This document shows, one piece after another, positions 1 through 11,421 of a stretch of 64,000 nucleotides of DNA. The notes beneath the pieces are model-generated. The model was not told where the DNA came from. It ran no database searches and was given only the letters and a program-made list of their open reading frames with translations. Source of the DNA: Methanothrix sp. Its GTDB lineage: Archaea; Halobacteriota; Methanosarcinia; Methanotrichales; Methanotrichaceae. The position numbers and the translations under genes were made by a program. Every line of letters starts with the position of its first letter. Position 1 is the stretch's first letter. The DNA lies in NCBI GenBank assembly GCA_963682135.1, contig OY821645.1, forward strand, positions 2,112,001 to 2,176,000, read 5' to 3'.

Positions 1-45
1 GCGGGAGGGCCGATCTACGAAGACCTGGCAGTATTCCCTCTCTGA
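1..45 (+). CDS. thpR: 3' end of RNA 2',3'-cyclic phosphodiesterase (2'-5' RNA ligase family), partial
   Basis: Frame 1 reads [14 protein letters not shown], matching the typical GPIYE C-terminus of this family; adjacency to cca is common in archaea. Confidence 0.6.
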   Translation, partial: AGGPIYEDLAVFPL

Positions 46-1372
46 AATACAAGAAGCGGTACTTGGCAAGGTCAGGCCCGGATTATCCGACAAGAAACGA
101 ATTGCGGAAACCTCGACCGCCATTATCGCCCGCGTAGAGAATCTGGCAAGGGAGCATGGCCTCTCTCTCCAGGCCATGCTGGTAGGCTCTGCAGCCAGAG
201 GCACGTGGCTTTCCGGTGATCATGATCTGGACATATTCTTAGGGGTGCCTCCAGAGGACGACCTAGGAGCTGCCCTGAATATTGCCAGGCTTGTCGCTGC
301 GGATCATGAGGAAAAATATGCTGAGCACGCCTACGTCCACGCTCGAATGGATGGCTTTGACGTCGACCTGGTTCCCTGCTATCTGGTGAATGATGCCTCT
401 CACCTGAAGTCGGCAGTGGATCGGACCCCCTTTCACACAAAATACGTGAGTACCAGAATCACGGGCAAAGAGGACGATGTACTTCTCCTAAAGCAGTTCA
501 TGAAGGGCGTAAATGTCTATGGATCGGAGCTGAAGACGGGCGGCTTTTCCGGCTATCTGACTGAGCTTCTCGTGCTCTGCTACGGTTCCTTTGTTGCCGT
601 GCTCCGGGCAGCATCCACCTGGCGCCCCGGTCAGAGCTTGGACCTGGAAGGGCACGCCGCCGTGAGGCACGACGAGCCCCTGATCGTGGTCGATCCGGTC
701 GATCCGAGAAGAAATGTGGCTGCTGCGCTGACTTTAGACAAGATGCTCCAGTTCGCCGGGGCGGCGCGCTCTTTTCTGGCTGAGCCGAAGCTTGATTTCT
801 TCTTTCCCACACCCCTGCCGTCACTATCCGATGAGGAGCTGATTGCTGAGGTAAATGCACGGGGAACAATGCCCATCCTCCTTGAGTTTGCCGCGCCCGA
901 TGTGGTGGAAGATGTACTCTATCCTCAGCTTCGCAAAGCAGAAGGCTCCATTAAAGCGCTTCTTGAGCGAAACGGCTTTTTGCTGCTGCGTAGCGACGTT
1001 TCGACCTATCGCGACAGAGCCGTGATGCTCTTTGAGATGCAGGTCTGGCAGCTCTCCAAAGCCTGCCGGCGCATCGGTCCGCCTGCCTGGGAAACTGAGC
1101 ACGCCGCTCGCTTCCTGGCAGCCCATCCCCGCCCCCTTTCCGGCCCCTACATCTCGAACGGCAAAGTCGTGGTGGAAGAAGCACGCCAATACACCTCTGC
1201 TCGTGATCTTCTAGCTTCAAATATCGCAAACCTCTCCCTCGGAAAGCATCTTTGCGCGTCCATTCGCGAGGGGCACAATATATATGTGGGCCTGGAACTG
1301 CTGGGCATAAAGGATGAAGGCTTTCGTATCTTCCTGGCTCATTATTTCAGGACCGAATTTCGTATCGGTTAA
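2..1372 (+). CDS. cca: Archaeal class I CCA-adding enzyme (tRNA nucleotidyltransferase); start uncertain
   Basis: [19 protein letters not shown] nucleotidyltransferase motif, [26 protein letters not shown]; the frame is open and CCA-like upstream of the track start at 176. Confidence 0.95.
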   Translation, partial: REGRSTKTWQYSLSEIQEAVLGKVRPGLSDKKRIAETSTAIIARVENLAREHGLSLQAMLVGSAARGTWLSGDHDLDIFLGVPPEDDLGAALNIARLVAADHEEKYAEHAYVHARMDGFDVDLVPCYLVNDASHLKSAVDRTPFHTKYVSTRITGKEDDVLLLKQFMKGVNVYGSELKTGGFSGYLTELLVLCYGSFVAVLRAASTWRPGQSLDLEGHAAVRHDEPLIVVDPVDPRRNVAAALTLDKMLQFAGAARSFLAEPKLDFFFPTPLPSLSDEELIAEVNARGTMPILLEFAAPDVVEDVLYPQLRKAEGSIKALLERNGFLLLRSDVSTYRDRAVMLFEMQVWQLSKACRRIGPPAWETEHAARFLAAHPRPLSGPYISNGKVVVEEARQYTSARDLLASNIANLSLGKHLCASIREGHNIYVGLELLGIKDEGFRIFLAHYFRTEFRIG

Positions 1373-2385
1373 GAGAAGCAGTTCCAGTAGCGGCTCTGTA
1401 TTTTTTTGATCTCCTCGATTCTCCCAGCAACGCTACCGTCCGTGCCTCTTATTTGCGCCGCTTCTCCGCCAAAAGCTCTGATCTCGGCTACAACCGCTTC
1501 TGCCTGCGCCTGTAAGTTGTATCCGCCTTCCAGGGTGGCAGCCAGTCTTCCCCGGCAGCAATCATTGGCTATTTCCTTAACCAGGAAAGCGATTGCTCCA
1601 AAGCCTTCTGAGGTAAGACGCATGCCGCCCAGAGGATCGTCCTTGTGAGGGTCCTGACCAGCCGAAACGAGAACTATGTCTGGCTTAAATTCCATAGCTA
1701 TGGGCTTTAAGATCTCCCTGTAAGCCATAAGATAACCAGCGTCTCCAGTGGCTGAGGGAAGAGGCACATTTACCGTGAAACCTTCGCCGCCGTCCTCTCC
1801 AACCTCATCTGCTCTTCCAGTTCCCGGATAGTGGGGATACTGGTGGGTGGAGAAATATAGTACGCTGGAATCCGAATAGAACACGTCGTTAGTGCCGTTG
1901 CCGTGATGCACATCCCAGTCTACTATGAGCACTTTCTTCGCGCCCTGTGACTGGGCATGCTTCGCGGCGATGGCAACGTTATTGAAGATACAAAATCCCA
2001 TGCCGCGATTGGGCATAGCATGATGACCGGGGGGCCGGACCAGGGCAAAGGCGCTATCGTAACTCCCTAGAACGGCATCAACCGCAGCTATTGCACCGCC
2101 GGCGGCCATCAGGGCGGCATCGTAGGAATTCGGGGAAAGGACAGTATCGACATCCAGGTAACCGCCACCGTGCTCGCAGACAGCCTTTACCTGATCGATA
2201 TACCTCCGTCCGTGTATGGTTGCAACCTGGGTTTTGGTCGCGAGCTTCGGTGTTATGAAGTCGACATCGAGCTTTTCCGATCGAATTTTATCCAGGATTG
2301 CAGTGAGGCGCTCCTTTTTCTCCGGATGTCCGTCAGTCTCGTGTTGCAGATAGATGGGATGATAAACCAGGCCAGTTCGAGTCAT
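1369..2385 (-). CDS. Histone deacetylase family protein
   Basis: [34 protein letters not shown]; likely start [10 protein letters not shown] at 2385. Confidence 0.95.
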   Translation of the reverse strand: MTRTGLVYHPIYLQHETDGHPEKKERLTAILDKIRSEKLDVDFITPKLATKTQVATIHGRRYIDQVKAVCEHGGGYLDVDTVLSPNSYDAALMAAGGAIAAVDAVLGSYDSAFALVRPPGHHAMPNRGMGFCIFNNVAIAAKHAQSQGAKKVLIVDWDVHHGNGTNDVFYSDSSVLYFSTHQYPHYPGTGRADEVGEDGGEGFTVNVPLPSATGDAGYLMAYREILKPIAMEFKPDIVLVSAGQDPHKDDPLGGMRLTSEGFGAIAFLVKEIANDCCRGRLAATLEGGYNLQAQAEAVVAEIRAFGGEAAQIRGTDGSVAGRIEEIKKIQSRYWNCFS

Positions 2386-2618
2386 GCTTGATGAATTGCG
2401 ACGCCATTCGCAAAAACTGTTTTCCCCGGATATTTTGTGCATAACTTGGGGGAAATAACTTGCAAAAGAATCCTGGTTGCCGGTAATATCATTATGCTGC
2501 AACACTCATGCCCCATGGCCACTGCAAGCGCAACTTTGCCGTTTGAGTAATTGTAAAAACGCTTTAATCAAAAAAAATTATTCATGATAATCTGAATTTG
2601 CACATCAGGAACACTGTT

Positions 2619-2633
2619 GAAAAGTATTTATAG
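2619..2633 (+). promoter_or_regulatory. Candidate BRE/TATA promoter far upstream of the S-layer gene
   Basis: GAAAAGTA-TTTATAG matches the archaeal BRE+TATA consensus; a second TTATAT lies at 2948-2953. Confidence 0.45.
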
Positions 2634-3149
2634 AATGATATTTAATCAATGAGTTCTAAATGGAGAACAGTTAAATGAACAAATATTATAATAGATTGTT
2701 ATAAAACACTTCTTTGTGTCATGTAACGGTCCGTCGCCAAATGGGATTAAACTGATTCGATTGCCTATGTCACATCCGGCATCTAATTGTCCCGCAGGAG
2801 AATAGTCTTTAAATAGGTAGTGACAAATGCAACTTTGAGCCTTGTAAAGCTCTTTGGTAGATTGCTTGGCTAGACAGAGGAAGAACAGCACCAAGCTGCT
2901 AGCAGAGGACCAAAAAAGATATAATAGGGAAATAGTCTATCACTACCTTATATCCCTTATGGGATCTTGTGGAGGGTGACGTAGCTATATACATGTCTGA
3001 GAGACGCCAGGCGGCAGTGGCATCGTAGGAAATCTCGATCCACAATATGTAGCTGGGCGATCGAAGACTTTATTCAGGCAATAGTTTTAAGAATAATCAG
3101 ACTGTATGCTGCTGAAAGTGATCGTAAAGGGAAATTAGGAGGTTAAAAG

Positions 3150-5282
3150 ATGAAGAAATTGGCTGCAATTACGCTTACATCGATGATGCTGTTATTAGCA
3201 ACAGCGATGGTAGTTGGGGCTGTGGATTCTGCAGAGATCCGCGGACAAGTTGCCACCGGCAACTTCGAGTGGACTGCCCAGAATTTCGCCGGCTTCTACT
3301 ATGATATCGATGATGACCTGGGAACTGAGAAGCTCACCACCTCAATTACTGAGGGTAACAAGCTCCAGGAGCCCAGCGGTGTATCCTACACCACAACTGT
3401 CCAGAAGAATGACTTTGACTTCGCTGACTGGGGATTCTACAACGTCATCGGATTCCAGGCTAACAAGTACTTCGCAGGATATGTCAACGACGAGAACGTC
3501 GATGATGCCAACGAGATCCTGTTCAAGGAATCCACCGACGAGAACTCTCTCTCCGACGAGCAGCTCGAAGCCATCCTGAAGGATGACGACACTGAGATGA
3601 CCGTCACATCCGGCACACCCCTCAAGATGGAAGAGGGCTATGAGCTGGCTATCAAGTCCATTGATATCGACGGCAACAAGGTTTACCTCGAGCTCTCCAA
3701 GGATGGATCCGTAGTAGACAGCAAGGTCATTTCCCCGTCCAAGGATAACCCAACCATGGCCGACAAGACCTACTACTACAAGAAGACCGTAGGAGACTCC
3801 AAGGATCTGGTAACCATCGCTGCTCACTTCAAGAACGCCTTCCGTGGCTCCGATTCAAACCTCGCTACCATTGACGGCATCTGGCAGATTTCCGATGTTC
3901 CAACCGAGGTCAAGGTCGACACAGAGTACGACAAGATGAGAATCGCAAGCGTCTCTGCCGACACCATCACCATGGATAACAAGGACAACACAGTAACTCT
4001 GAGCAAGAACAAGGATATCACCCTCATGGGCAACGTCAAGATCGTAACCTCCGATCAGGATGTAATCGACGACGCTAACCCACAAAGGTACTACGTAGCA
4101 AAGGTAGAAACTGCACCCGGCACATATGAGATCCGCGGACAGGTTGCCACCGGCAACTTCGAGTGGACCGCCAAGAATTTCGCCGGCTTCTACTACGATA
4201 TTGATGATGACCTGGGAACTGAGAAGCTCACCACCACAATCACTGAGGGCAACAAGCTCCAGGAGCCCAGCGGTGTAACCTACACCACATCCGTCCAGAA
4301 GAATGACTTCGACTTTGGAGACTGGGGATTCTACAACGTCATCGGATTCCAGGCCAACAAGTACTTCGCTGGCTATGTCAACGACGAGACCGTCGATGAT
4401 GCTAACGAGATCCTGTTCAAGGAATCCACCGACGAGAACTCTCTCTCCGACGAGCAACTCGAAGCTATCCTGAAGGATGACGACACTGAGATGACCGTCA
4501 CATCCGGCACACCCCTCAAGCTGGAAGAGGGATATGAGCTGGCTATCAAGTCCATTGATATCGACGGCAACAAGGTTTACCTCGAGCTCTCCAAGGATGG
4601 ATCCGTAGTAGACAGCAAGGTCATTTCCCCGTCCAAGGATAACCCAACCATGGCCGACAAGACCTACTACTACAAGAAGACCGTAGGAGACTCCAAGGAC
4701 CTGGTAACCATCGCTGCTCACTTCAAGAATGCCTTCCGTGGCTCCGACTCAAACCTGGCCACAATTGACGGCATCTGGCAGATTTCCGATGTTCCAACCG
4801 AGGTCAAGGTCGACACAGAGTACAACAAGATGAGAATCGCAAGCGTCTCTGCTGACACCATCACCATGGACAACAAGGACAACACAGTAACTCTGAGCAA
4901 GAACAAGGACATCGAACTGATGGGCGACGTCAGCATTAAGACATCCGACCAGGATGTAATCGATGATGCCAACCCACAGAGATACTACATCTACAAGGAT
5001 GTCACCATAGAGGGCGCTGCACCTGCCGCTGAGGCTGCACCCGCTGTCGAAGCCGCACCTGCCGCTGAGGCTGCACCTGCCGCTGAGGCCGCACCTGCCG
5101 CTGAGGCCGCACCTGTAGTCGAAGAGAACAAGACTGCTGAGGCCGCACCTGCCGCTGAAGCCGCACCTGTCGCTGAGAACAAGACTGCTGAACCCGCCAA
5201 GACACAGCCCGGATTCGAGAGCATCTTCGCTATCGCCGGACTCCTGGCAGTTGCATTCTTGGTACTTGGCCGCAGAGAGTAA
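3150..5282 (+). CDS. Major S-layer protein (two S-layer duplication/DUF1608-type domains, Ala/Pro/Glu linker, PGF-CTERM)
   Basis: Signal peptide, two near-identical 298-aa domains (WTAxNFAGFYYDIDD), PGFESIFAIAGLLAVAFLVLGRRE tail, AGGAGG RBS, strongly biased codons. Confidence 0.93.
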   Translation: MKKLAAITLTSMMLLLATAMVVGAVDSAEIRGQVATGNFEWTAQNFAGFYYDIDDDLGTEKLTTSITEGNKLQEPSGVSYTTTVQKNDFDFADWGFYNVIGFQANKYFAGYVNDENVDDANEILFKESTDENSLSDEQLEAILKDDDTEMTVTSGTPLKMEEGYELAIKSIDIDGNKVYLELSKDGSVVDSKVISPSKDNPTMADKTYYYKKTVGDSKDLVTIAAHFKNAFRGSDSNLATIDGIWQISDVPTEVKVDTEYDKMRIASVSADTITMDNKDNTVTLSKNKDITLMGNVKIVTSDQDVIDDANPQRYYVAKVETAPGTYEIRGQVATGNFEWTAKNFAGFYYDIDDDLGTEKLTTTITEGNKLQEPSGVTYTTSVQKNDFDFGDWGFYNVIGFQANKYFAGYVNDETVDDANEILFKESTDENSLSDEQLEAILKDDDTEMTVTSGTPLKLEEGYELAIKSIDIDGNKVYLELSKDGSVVDSKVISPSKDNPTMADKTYYYKKTVGDSKDLVTIAAHFKNAFRGSDSNLATIDGIWQISDVPTEVKVDTEYNKMRIASVSADTITMDNKDNTVTLSKNKDIELMGDVSIKTSDQDVIDDANPQRYYIYKDVTIEGAAPAAEAAPAVEAAPAAEAAPAAEAAPAAEAAPVVEENKTAEAAPAAEAAPVAENKTAEPAKTQPGFESIFAIAGLLAVAFLVLGRRE
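3234..4995 (+). repeat. Internal direct duplication with 894-nt period in the S-layer gene
   Basis: GAGATCCGCGGACA recurs at 3234 and 4128; long identical tracts. Confidence 0.95.
5016..5175 (+). repeat. 18-bp tandem repeats encoding AEAAPA linker
   Basis: GCYGCACCTGCCGCTGAR repeated several times. Confidence 0.9.
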
Positions 5283-5292
5283 GATCTAATAG

Positions 5293-5331
5293 CTGGAGTG
5301 CCCTCGGGCTCTCCAGAACTATCTCTTTTTT
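5293..5331 (+). terminator. Hairpin plus T-run terminator of the S-layer gene
   Basis: CTGGAGTGCCC-TC-GGGCTCTCCAG followed by CTCTTTTTT. Confidence 0.7.
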
Positions 5332-5564
5332 AGTCAGTCTCGTTGTTATTTTCTGCTCAAAATTATCTATTGACGCAATAGGTTCAACTCTCACCAAAAA
5401 AGATATATAGGATATTCTGCGATTCGAGCTTACCCGGTAATCCTTAATGAAATAGAGGGCTTTGAGGCCGCACTAAGATTGCATTGCCAAGTCTAAAATT
5501 GCTGCTTTCAAAGATATATTCATGGATGACCAGCAAGGGTAAAGTAAAAGGAGGACTAAAAATA

Positions 5565-5876
5565 ATGAAACTCGGATCAATAATCCTTGTAGCGCTGATG
5601 ATGCTGTTCACAGCGGCTATAGCCGTAAATGCCGAAGATACTGCTGCCAAAGAGACAATCGAGAAGGATATCAATACCACTGAGCACGCTGCCGAAGAAA
5701 TAAAGGAAACCGTAGCTGCAGTCTCTGAGAATGCAACTGTAGAGGCAAAGGAAGCAAAAGAGAACGTAACCGAAGCCGTCAAGACCGAAGAGAAAGCTGC
5801 GCCGGGATTTGAGGGCATCTTTGCCATAGCCGGCCTGCTGGCAATCGCTGGCCTTGTGCTGAGCAGAAGAGAGTAA
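5565..5876 (+). CDS. Small acidic PGF-CTERM surface protein
   Basis: AGGAGG RBS then MKLGSIILVALMML signal peptide; PGFEGIFAIAGLLAIAGLVLSRRE tail. Confidence 0.85.
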   Translation: MKLGSIILVALMMLFTAAIAVNAEDTAAKETIEKDINTTEHAAEEIKETVAAVSENATVEAKEAKENVTEAVKTEEKAAPGFEGIFAIAGLLAIAGLVLSRRE

Positions 5877-5956
5877 AGGGCTTTTCTTGCCCTATAAAAC
5901 CCTTTTTACATTTGCTATACATATTATGAGCACCATTAATTACTCCGGTGAATTTC

Positions 5957-6972
5957 ATGGCACCAGAGACGATTAAAGTGGCACAGTTCTGGAAAAAGCT
6001 GAATGGAGACGCCGAGTGCAGTCTCTGCCACCAGCAATGCCGCATCCGGCCTGGAAAGAGGGGATTATGCGGGGTACGGGAAAACCAGAATGAGAAGCTC
6101 ATGACCCTGGTATACGGAAGCCTGGTAGCGGCTAATGCCGATCCCATTGAGAAGAAGCCCTTCTATCATTTTCTGCCCGCAGCCTCGCCTATTCCATAGC
6201 TACCGTAGGCTGCAACTTCCGCTGTCTGCATTGTCAGAATGCAGACATATCTCAACTTCCTCGAGAAACCGGCCTGATTCCAGGAGATTTTGTTAGCCCA
6301 GAGGATGTGGTTGCTCGGGCTTGTGCTCTTGGTTGCCAGTCCATCGCCTACACTTATTCCGAACCCACCATCTTCTTCGAGTATGCCTTTGATGTAGCTA
6401 CTTTGGCCCATCAAGCAGGACTCAAGAATGTCTTTGTCAGCAACGGTTACATGGGTGAGGAGGCAGCACAAAAAATTATTCCCCTATTGGACGGTATTAA
6501 CATTGATCTGAAGGGTGACGATCAATTCTACCGAAAAGTCTGTGGAGCGAAACTGGAGCCTGTAGAGCACAACATCGAGCTGTTCTGGAAGAGTGGTGTC
6601 TTCGTGGAGGTTACAACCCTCCTCATTCCCGGTTACAACGACTCGGAGGAAATTCTAACCAATCTAGCTTCCTTTTTGGCAGGCGTAAGTCCGAATATGC
6701 CCTGGCATATCTCCGCCTTCTATCCCATGTATAAGATGAAAGAGGTCCCCCGGACTGGGGTAGATTCACTTCACAGGGGCCTATCTGCAGGCAGCGAAGC
6801 TGGCTTGAAGTACGTCTATGCAGGCAACCTCCCTGGCGAGATCGAGGATACCTTCTGCCCGGTCTGCAAAGAGGTCCTCATTGAGCGGCAGGGATATCAG
6901 ATTCGGAGAAATTCCGTAATCGATGGGCATTGTAGCAAATGCAGCACAAATCTTTCCGGGGTATGGAACTGA
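5957..6972 (+). pseudogene. amrS: AmmeMemoRadiSam system radical SAM enzyme, frameshifted at ~6179
   Basis: N-part CSLCHQQC..CGVR..DPIEKKP in one frame; CNFRCLHCQN, YTYSEP, NIDLKG, WHISAFYPMY in another; adding one G at 6179 restores FLPGSLAYSIATVGCNFRC. Confidence 0.85.
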
Positions 6973-7068
6973 TTAGATATGATATAAAGAATAATACTGC
7001 ATGAACCCATTTTTTTTGCAGGCCTTACAAAACTCTTAAGTATCGGTCGGTACTGACTGTCATCTTAT

Positions 7069-8277
7069 ATGCCATTTTGCTCTGTAGAAGATGCGATTTT
7101 AGACCTCCAATCAGGCCGCTTCATCATAGTGTTGGATGATGAGAACCGAGAGAACGAGGGTGACCTGATGATGGCCGCGGAAAAGGTGACACCTGATGCC
7201 ATAAATTTCATGGCTCGCTATGCTCGCGGACTGATTTGCATGCCCATGACTGCGGAAAGGCTGAGGGAGCTGAGCTTACAGCTCATGACCGTCCAGAATA
7301 CGGAGTCGATGGGCACGGCATTTACGATATCTGTTGATGCCAAAGCCAACACCACCACCGGCATTTCCGCTTTTGATCGAGCGACAACTGTTCAGACCCT
7401 TATAGACCCTAAAACAAGGCGAAGCGATATTGTCACTCCCGGCCATCTATTTCCCCTGCAAGCCAAAGAGGGAGGCGTCTTGCGGCGTACCGGCCATACC
7501 GAAGCATGCGTGGACCTGGCACGACTGGCAGGCCTCTATCCTGCGGGCGTCATTTGTGAGATCATGAATGATGACGGCAGCATGGCGAGGCTGCCCGAGC
7601 TGGAGATATTTGCCGAGCAACACGGCATTAGAATGATGACCATAGAGAGCCTCATCAGCTATCGCATGCAGCGCGAGAAGCTCGTGTGCATGGTATCAGA
7701 TGTGAGCATGCCCACAGATTACGGATACTTCAGGGCTATAGGTTATGAGTCCGTTTTAGACGGCCAGTGTCATGTAGCCTTCGTGGCGGGGGACCCGCAG
7801 GCCCCCGACGCCCTGGTCAGGGTGCACTCGGAGTGCCTCACCGGTGACGTCTTCTCCTCCAAACGCTGCGATTGCGGCGAGCAACTTCGCAGAGCTCTGC
7901 ACCTCATCAGCGATAACGGAAATGGTGTACTGCTTTACATGCGCCAGGAAGGCAGAGGCATTGGCCTTGCCAACAAGCTGCGCGCTTATGCACTACAGGA
8001 CGCGGGATCAGATACGGTCGAAGCCAACAACGAACTGGGCTACCCGGCAGACCTCAGGGATTACGGTATTGGCGCCCAGATCCTGGTCGACCTGGGCATA
8101 AAGGAGATTCGTCTCCTGACCAACAACCCCCGCAAAGTGGTCGGCCTGGAAGGATATGGCCTGAAGATAGTTGAGCGCATTCCTCTGGAAATCGAGCCCA
8201 ATAATATTAACAGGAGATATCTGGAGACAAAAAGGGATAAAATGCACCATCTGCTTCTCCAAAACAGTGCACTGTGA
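7069..8277 (+). CDS. ribBA: Bifunctional 3,4-dihydroxy-2-butanone 4-phosphate synthase / GTP cyclohydrolase II
   Basis: [49 protein letters not shown]. Confidence 0.96.
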   Translation: MPFCSVEDAILDLQSGRFIIVLDDENRENEGDLMMAAEKVTPDAINFMARYARGLICMPMTAERLRELSLQLMTVQNTESMGTAFTISVDAKANTTTGISAFDRATTVQTLIDPKTRRSDIVTPGHLFPLQAKEGGVLRRTGHTEACVDLARLAGLYPAGVICEIMNDDGSMARLPELEIFAEQHGIRMMTIESLISYRMQREKLVCMVSDVSMPTDYGYFRAIGYESVLDGQCHVAFVAGDPQAPDALVRVHSECLTGDVFSSKRCDCGEQLRRALHLISDNGNGVLLYMRQEGRGIGLANKLRAYALQDAGSDTVEANNELGYPADLRDYGIGAQILVDLGIKEIRLLTNNPRKVVGLEGYGLKIVERIPLEIEPNNINRRYLETKRDKMHHLLLQNSAL

Positions 8278-8282
8278 TAAAT

Positions 8283-8768
8283 CTAAAGATATGCCTCCTG
8301 AATTCTCACCACCTCTGCCGAATCCCTGGCGGCGGCATACTCCTGCAAAGGCTCCTGGTTAAGTTTTAAAAATACGTGACCCCAGTTGAATTTAGAGAGT
8401 ATCAATTCCGCCTGCTCTCTCTCTCCTAATATTATCAGCCCTGCGGCCAGTGCCTCCACTGTGGAGAGCTTGAAGGGCTTTCCATAATTCACAGGATTAG
8501 CGGCCACCAGGAACGGCAGAGCTCTCTCCACTAGCTTAAAGCGCATGAAGACCGCCTCGGCGTGAGCCCAGCTGCAGTCCAGGGCAGCCAGCCCCCTTGC
8601 CCCTTTGTCCTCAGGGGAGAGCGCCTTTTGTGAAAACGGACTGAGGACCAGGTACGTCCTCAGCTGGTCAATATGATGGGTTAGACGAACCAGATCGAAG
8701 CGGGCCAGCCTTTTTCCTGAGCATTTCTTGGGGTTGCACTGATCTGCATGATAGATGAGAAGCTCCAT
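8283..8768 (-). CDS. tsr3: 16S rRNA aminocarboxypropyltransferase (DUF367)
   Basis: QCNPKKCSG, LDCSW, RALPFLVAANPVNYGKP, LSTVEA. Confidence 0.95.
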   Translation of the reverse strand: MELLIYHADQCNPKKCSGKRLARFDLVRLTHHIDQLRTYLVLSPFSQKALSPEDKGARGLAALDCSWAHAEAVFMRFKLVERALPFLVAANPVNYGKPFKLSTVEALAAGLIILGEREQAELILSKFNWGHVFLKLNQEPLQEYAAARDSAEVVRIQEAYL

Positions 8769-8844
8769 ATTGCTAATGGTCTACCGATAATCCTATTAAC
8801 ATTGTGTTCAACAGCTCAAGCAGCCAAAGAGCGGGAGCATTCTG

Positions 8845-11421
8845 ATGAGCGAGGTCTCCAAGGAGTACAACTTTAGTGAAGTGGAAAAAAAATGGGTGCA
8901 GAGTTGGGACAGTTCTATTTATCACTTCGATTGGGAATCGAAAAAACCGCAATATATCATTGACACCCCGCCACCCTATCCTACGGGAGACTTCCATATC
9001 GGAAACGCTCTTAACTGGTGTTACATCGACTACGTGGCACGCTACAAGCGCATGCGGGGCTATAATGTCATGTTCCCGCAAGGCTGGGACTGCCACGGTC
9101 TTCCCACGGAAGTAAAGGTAGAGCAGTTAAATCATATCACCAAGAACCAGGTACCCAGAGAAGAGTTTCGGCGTCTGTGCGAGAAGCTGACTTTTGAGGC
9201 CATCGAGAGGTTTCATCTCTCCATGGGACGGCTGGGCCTGTCCATAGACTGGTCCAACGAATACGTAACCATGAAGCCGGAGTACTACGTCAAGACGCAA
9301 ACCTCTTTTGTGCGCATGTACCAAAGCGGCCAGATATACCGGGCCAACCATCCTGTCAACTGGTGTCCCCGCTGCGGAACAGCCATTGCCTTTGCTGAAG
9401 TGGAATACGATTCCCGAACTACAACTTTAAACTACATGCGCTTTTCTGCACAGGAGGGCGAGATGCAGATCGCCACCTCTCGGCCCGAGCTGCTGCCCGC
9501 TTGCGTCGCCGTAGCTGTGAATCCTGATGATGAGCGCTACCGCAAATATATCGGCAAGAATGTCTCGGTTCCCATATTCAATTACGAGGTTCCCGTGATA
9601 GCTGATCCTGTGGTGGACACGAGCTTCGGCACGGGAATTGTCATGATCTGCACCTTCGGCGATAGGCAGGATGTGAGATGGTGGATGGAGCATCATCTCC
9701 CTCTACGCCAGGCCATAGATCGCGAGGGAATGCTCACGGACATCGCCGGGCCCTACGCCGGCCTCAGCATTACTGAGGCCAAGAAGAAGATCACCCAGGA
9801 TATGGTAAATGAGGGGATTGTCTTCAAACAGGAGCCCCTGGAGCAGAATGTGGGACTATGCTGGCGGTGCAAAACCCCCATTGAGATTCTTTCCGAGCAG
9901 CAGTGGTTTGTCAAGATCAACCGGGAGGAGATCAAGAAGACGGCAGAAGAGATCGAGTGGGTACCTCCTCACATGCAGGTCCGGCTCAGAAATTGGGCCG
10001 ATTCTATGGAATGGGACTGGTGCATCTCCCGGCAGAGGATCTTCGCTACGCCCATACCCGTCTGGTACTGCCGCCATTGTCAGGAGCCGAAGATTGCCAG
10101 GGAAGAGTGGCTTCCTCTCGATCCCAATCAGACTTATCCGCCCGAAAAATGCAAGTGCGGAAGCACTGATTTCATTGCAGAACAGGATGTTCTCGACACC
10201 TGGATGGACAGCTCCATCTCCGCCCTCGCCGTGGCCGGCTGGCCGGATAGAAAAGATCTGCGCATGCCTACGCAACTAAGGCCGCAGGGACATGACATCA
10301 TCCGCACCTGGGCATTTTACACAATCTTGCGCACGAAATCCCTGGAGGGAGTCAAGCCCTGGGATACCATTCTCATCAACGGCATGGCCTTGGGCGAGGA
10401 CGGGCATAAGATGTCCAAGTCCCTGAACAATTTCATACGCCCCGAAGAGGTCTTCCTGACCAATGGAGCCGATGCGCTTCGCCAGTGGGGAGCTATGGGC
10501 GGATCCCCGGGAAACGACATCATGTTCCAGTGGAAGGAGATCACAGCAGCCAGCCGCTTCCAACAAAAGCTCTGGTCGATCTATCGCTTCTCTCTGCCCT
10601 TAATCGCCAAAGTGGATGCCCATCCCGGTCAAGTGGATCGATGGCTCTTGGGAGAGCTGGATTCTCTCATCATGAAGGCGACCACTGCTATGGATGCCTA
10701 TCAGTTTGATGAGACCATGAAGGCGATTCGCGGCTTTGCCTGGGAGGTCTTGGCTGACAACTACATCGAGCTGGTCAAGGCCCGTCTCTACGGCCCGGAT
10801 GGGCCTGAGAAGAGAGCCGCCCAAAATACTCTTTACACGGCTCTGGTGACCATCTCTCAACTCATGGCCCCCTTTACTCCCTTTATCTCTGAGGAGATTC
10901 ATCATACCCTCACGGGGGAGAGCGTTCATTTGCAGAGCTGGCCGGAGCCGTCCGGCACAAATCTCGATTCGGCTGGACTTGCCATTAAAGAGATTGCTGC
11001 AGCTCTGCGACGTTATAAATCTGAAAAGGGGATGGCCCTCAATTCACCTCTGCAGGGAATAGTAGTATATTCAGATCTGGCTCTGGAGACCATTGATCTC
11101 GTAGGCGTTGCTAATTCCCAGGTAGAAAGCCGTACGGGAAGCCCCCAGATAGAGATGAGGCCCATAGCCATCAGGCCGCAGATGAAGGTAATTGGCCCCA
11201 GGTTCAAGGACAAGAGCGGCAAAATTATAAAAGCCCTGAGCGGCATGGACCCGGCACTGGTTGCCGATCAAAAAGCAGGGGGAACAATTGCGGTCCAGGC
11301 AGACCATGAGATCATAGAGGTTCCAGCAGAGGCAGCAGAGATCGTCGTGGAGAGTCTTTCCGCAGGTGAGGCTGTAGATATTCTGCACCTGGAAAAAGCT
11401 ACTGTGCTGGTCCGAAGATGA
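8845..11421 (+). CDS. valS: Valyl-tRNA synthetase (archaeal type)
   Basis: [35 protein letters not shown]. Confidence 0.97.
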   Translation: MSEVSKEYNFSEVEKKWVQSWDSSIYHFDWESKKPQYIIDTPPPYPTGDFHIGNALNWCYIDYVARYKRMRGYNVMFPQGWDCHGLPTEVKVEQLNHITKNQVPREEFRRLCEKLTFEAIERFHLSMGRLGLSIDWSNEYVTMKPEYYVKTQTSFVRMYQSGQIYRANHPVNWCPRCGTAIAFAEVEYDSRTTTLNYMRFSAQEGEMQIATSRPELLPACVAVAVNPDDERYRKYIGKNVSVPIFNYEVPVIADPVVDTSFGTGIVMICTFGDRQDVRWWMEHHLPLRQAIDREGMLTDIAGPYAGLSITEAKKKITQDMVNEGIVFKQEPLEQNVGLCWRCKTPIEILSEQQWFVKINREEIKKTAEEIEWVPPHMQVRLRNWADSMEWDWCISRQRIFATPIPVWYCRHCQEPKIAREEWLPLDPNQTYPPEKCKCGSTDFIAEQDVLDTWMDSSISALAVAGWPDRKDLRMPTQLRPQGHDIIRTWAFYTILRTKSLEGVKPWDTILINGMALGEDGHKMSKSLNNFIRPEEVFLTNGADALRQWGAMGGSPGNDIMFQWKEITAASRFQQKLWSIYRFSLPLIAKVDAHPGQVDRWLLGELDSLIMKATTAMDAYQFDETMKAIRGFAWEVLADNYIELVKARLYGPDGPEKRAAQNTLYTALVTISQLMAPFTPFISEEIHHTLTGESVHLQSWPEPSGTNLDSAGLAIKEIAAALRRYKSEKGMALNSPLQGIVVYSDLALETIDLVGVANSQVESRTGSPQIEMRPIAIRPQMKVIGPRFKDKSGKIIKALSGMDPALVADQKAGGTIAVQADHEIIEVPAEAAEIVVESLSAGEAVDILHLEKATVLVRR

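Noticed and set aside
2646-2894. 82-aa minus-strand ORF upstream of the S-layer gene
   Set aside because: AT-rich promoter region with atypical composition
3342-4721. Long antisense ORFs (161 and 288 aa) opposite the S-layer gene
   Set aside because: Shadow ORFs caused by strong codon bias; no protein-like motifs. The same applies to most overlapping ORFs in the track
5016-5175. Possible CRISPR or iteron repeats
   Set aside because: 18-bp in-frame units encoding the AEAAPA linker
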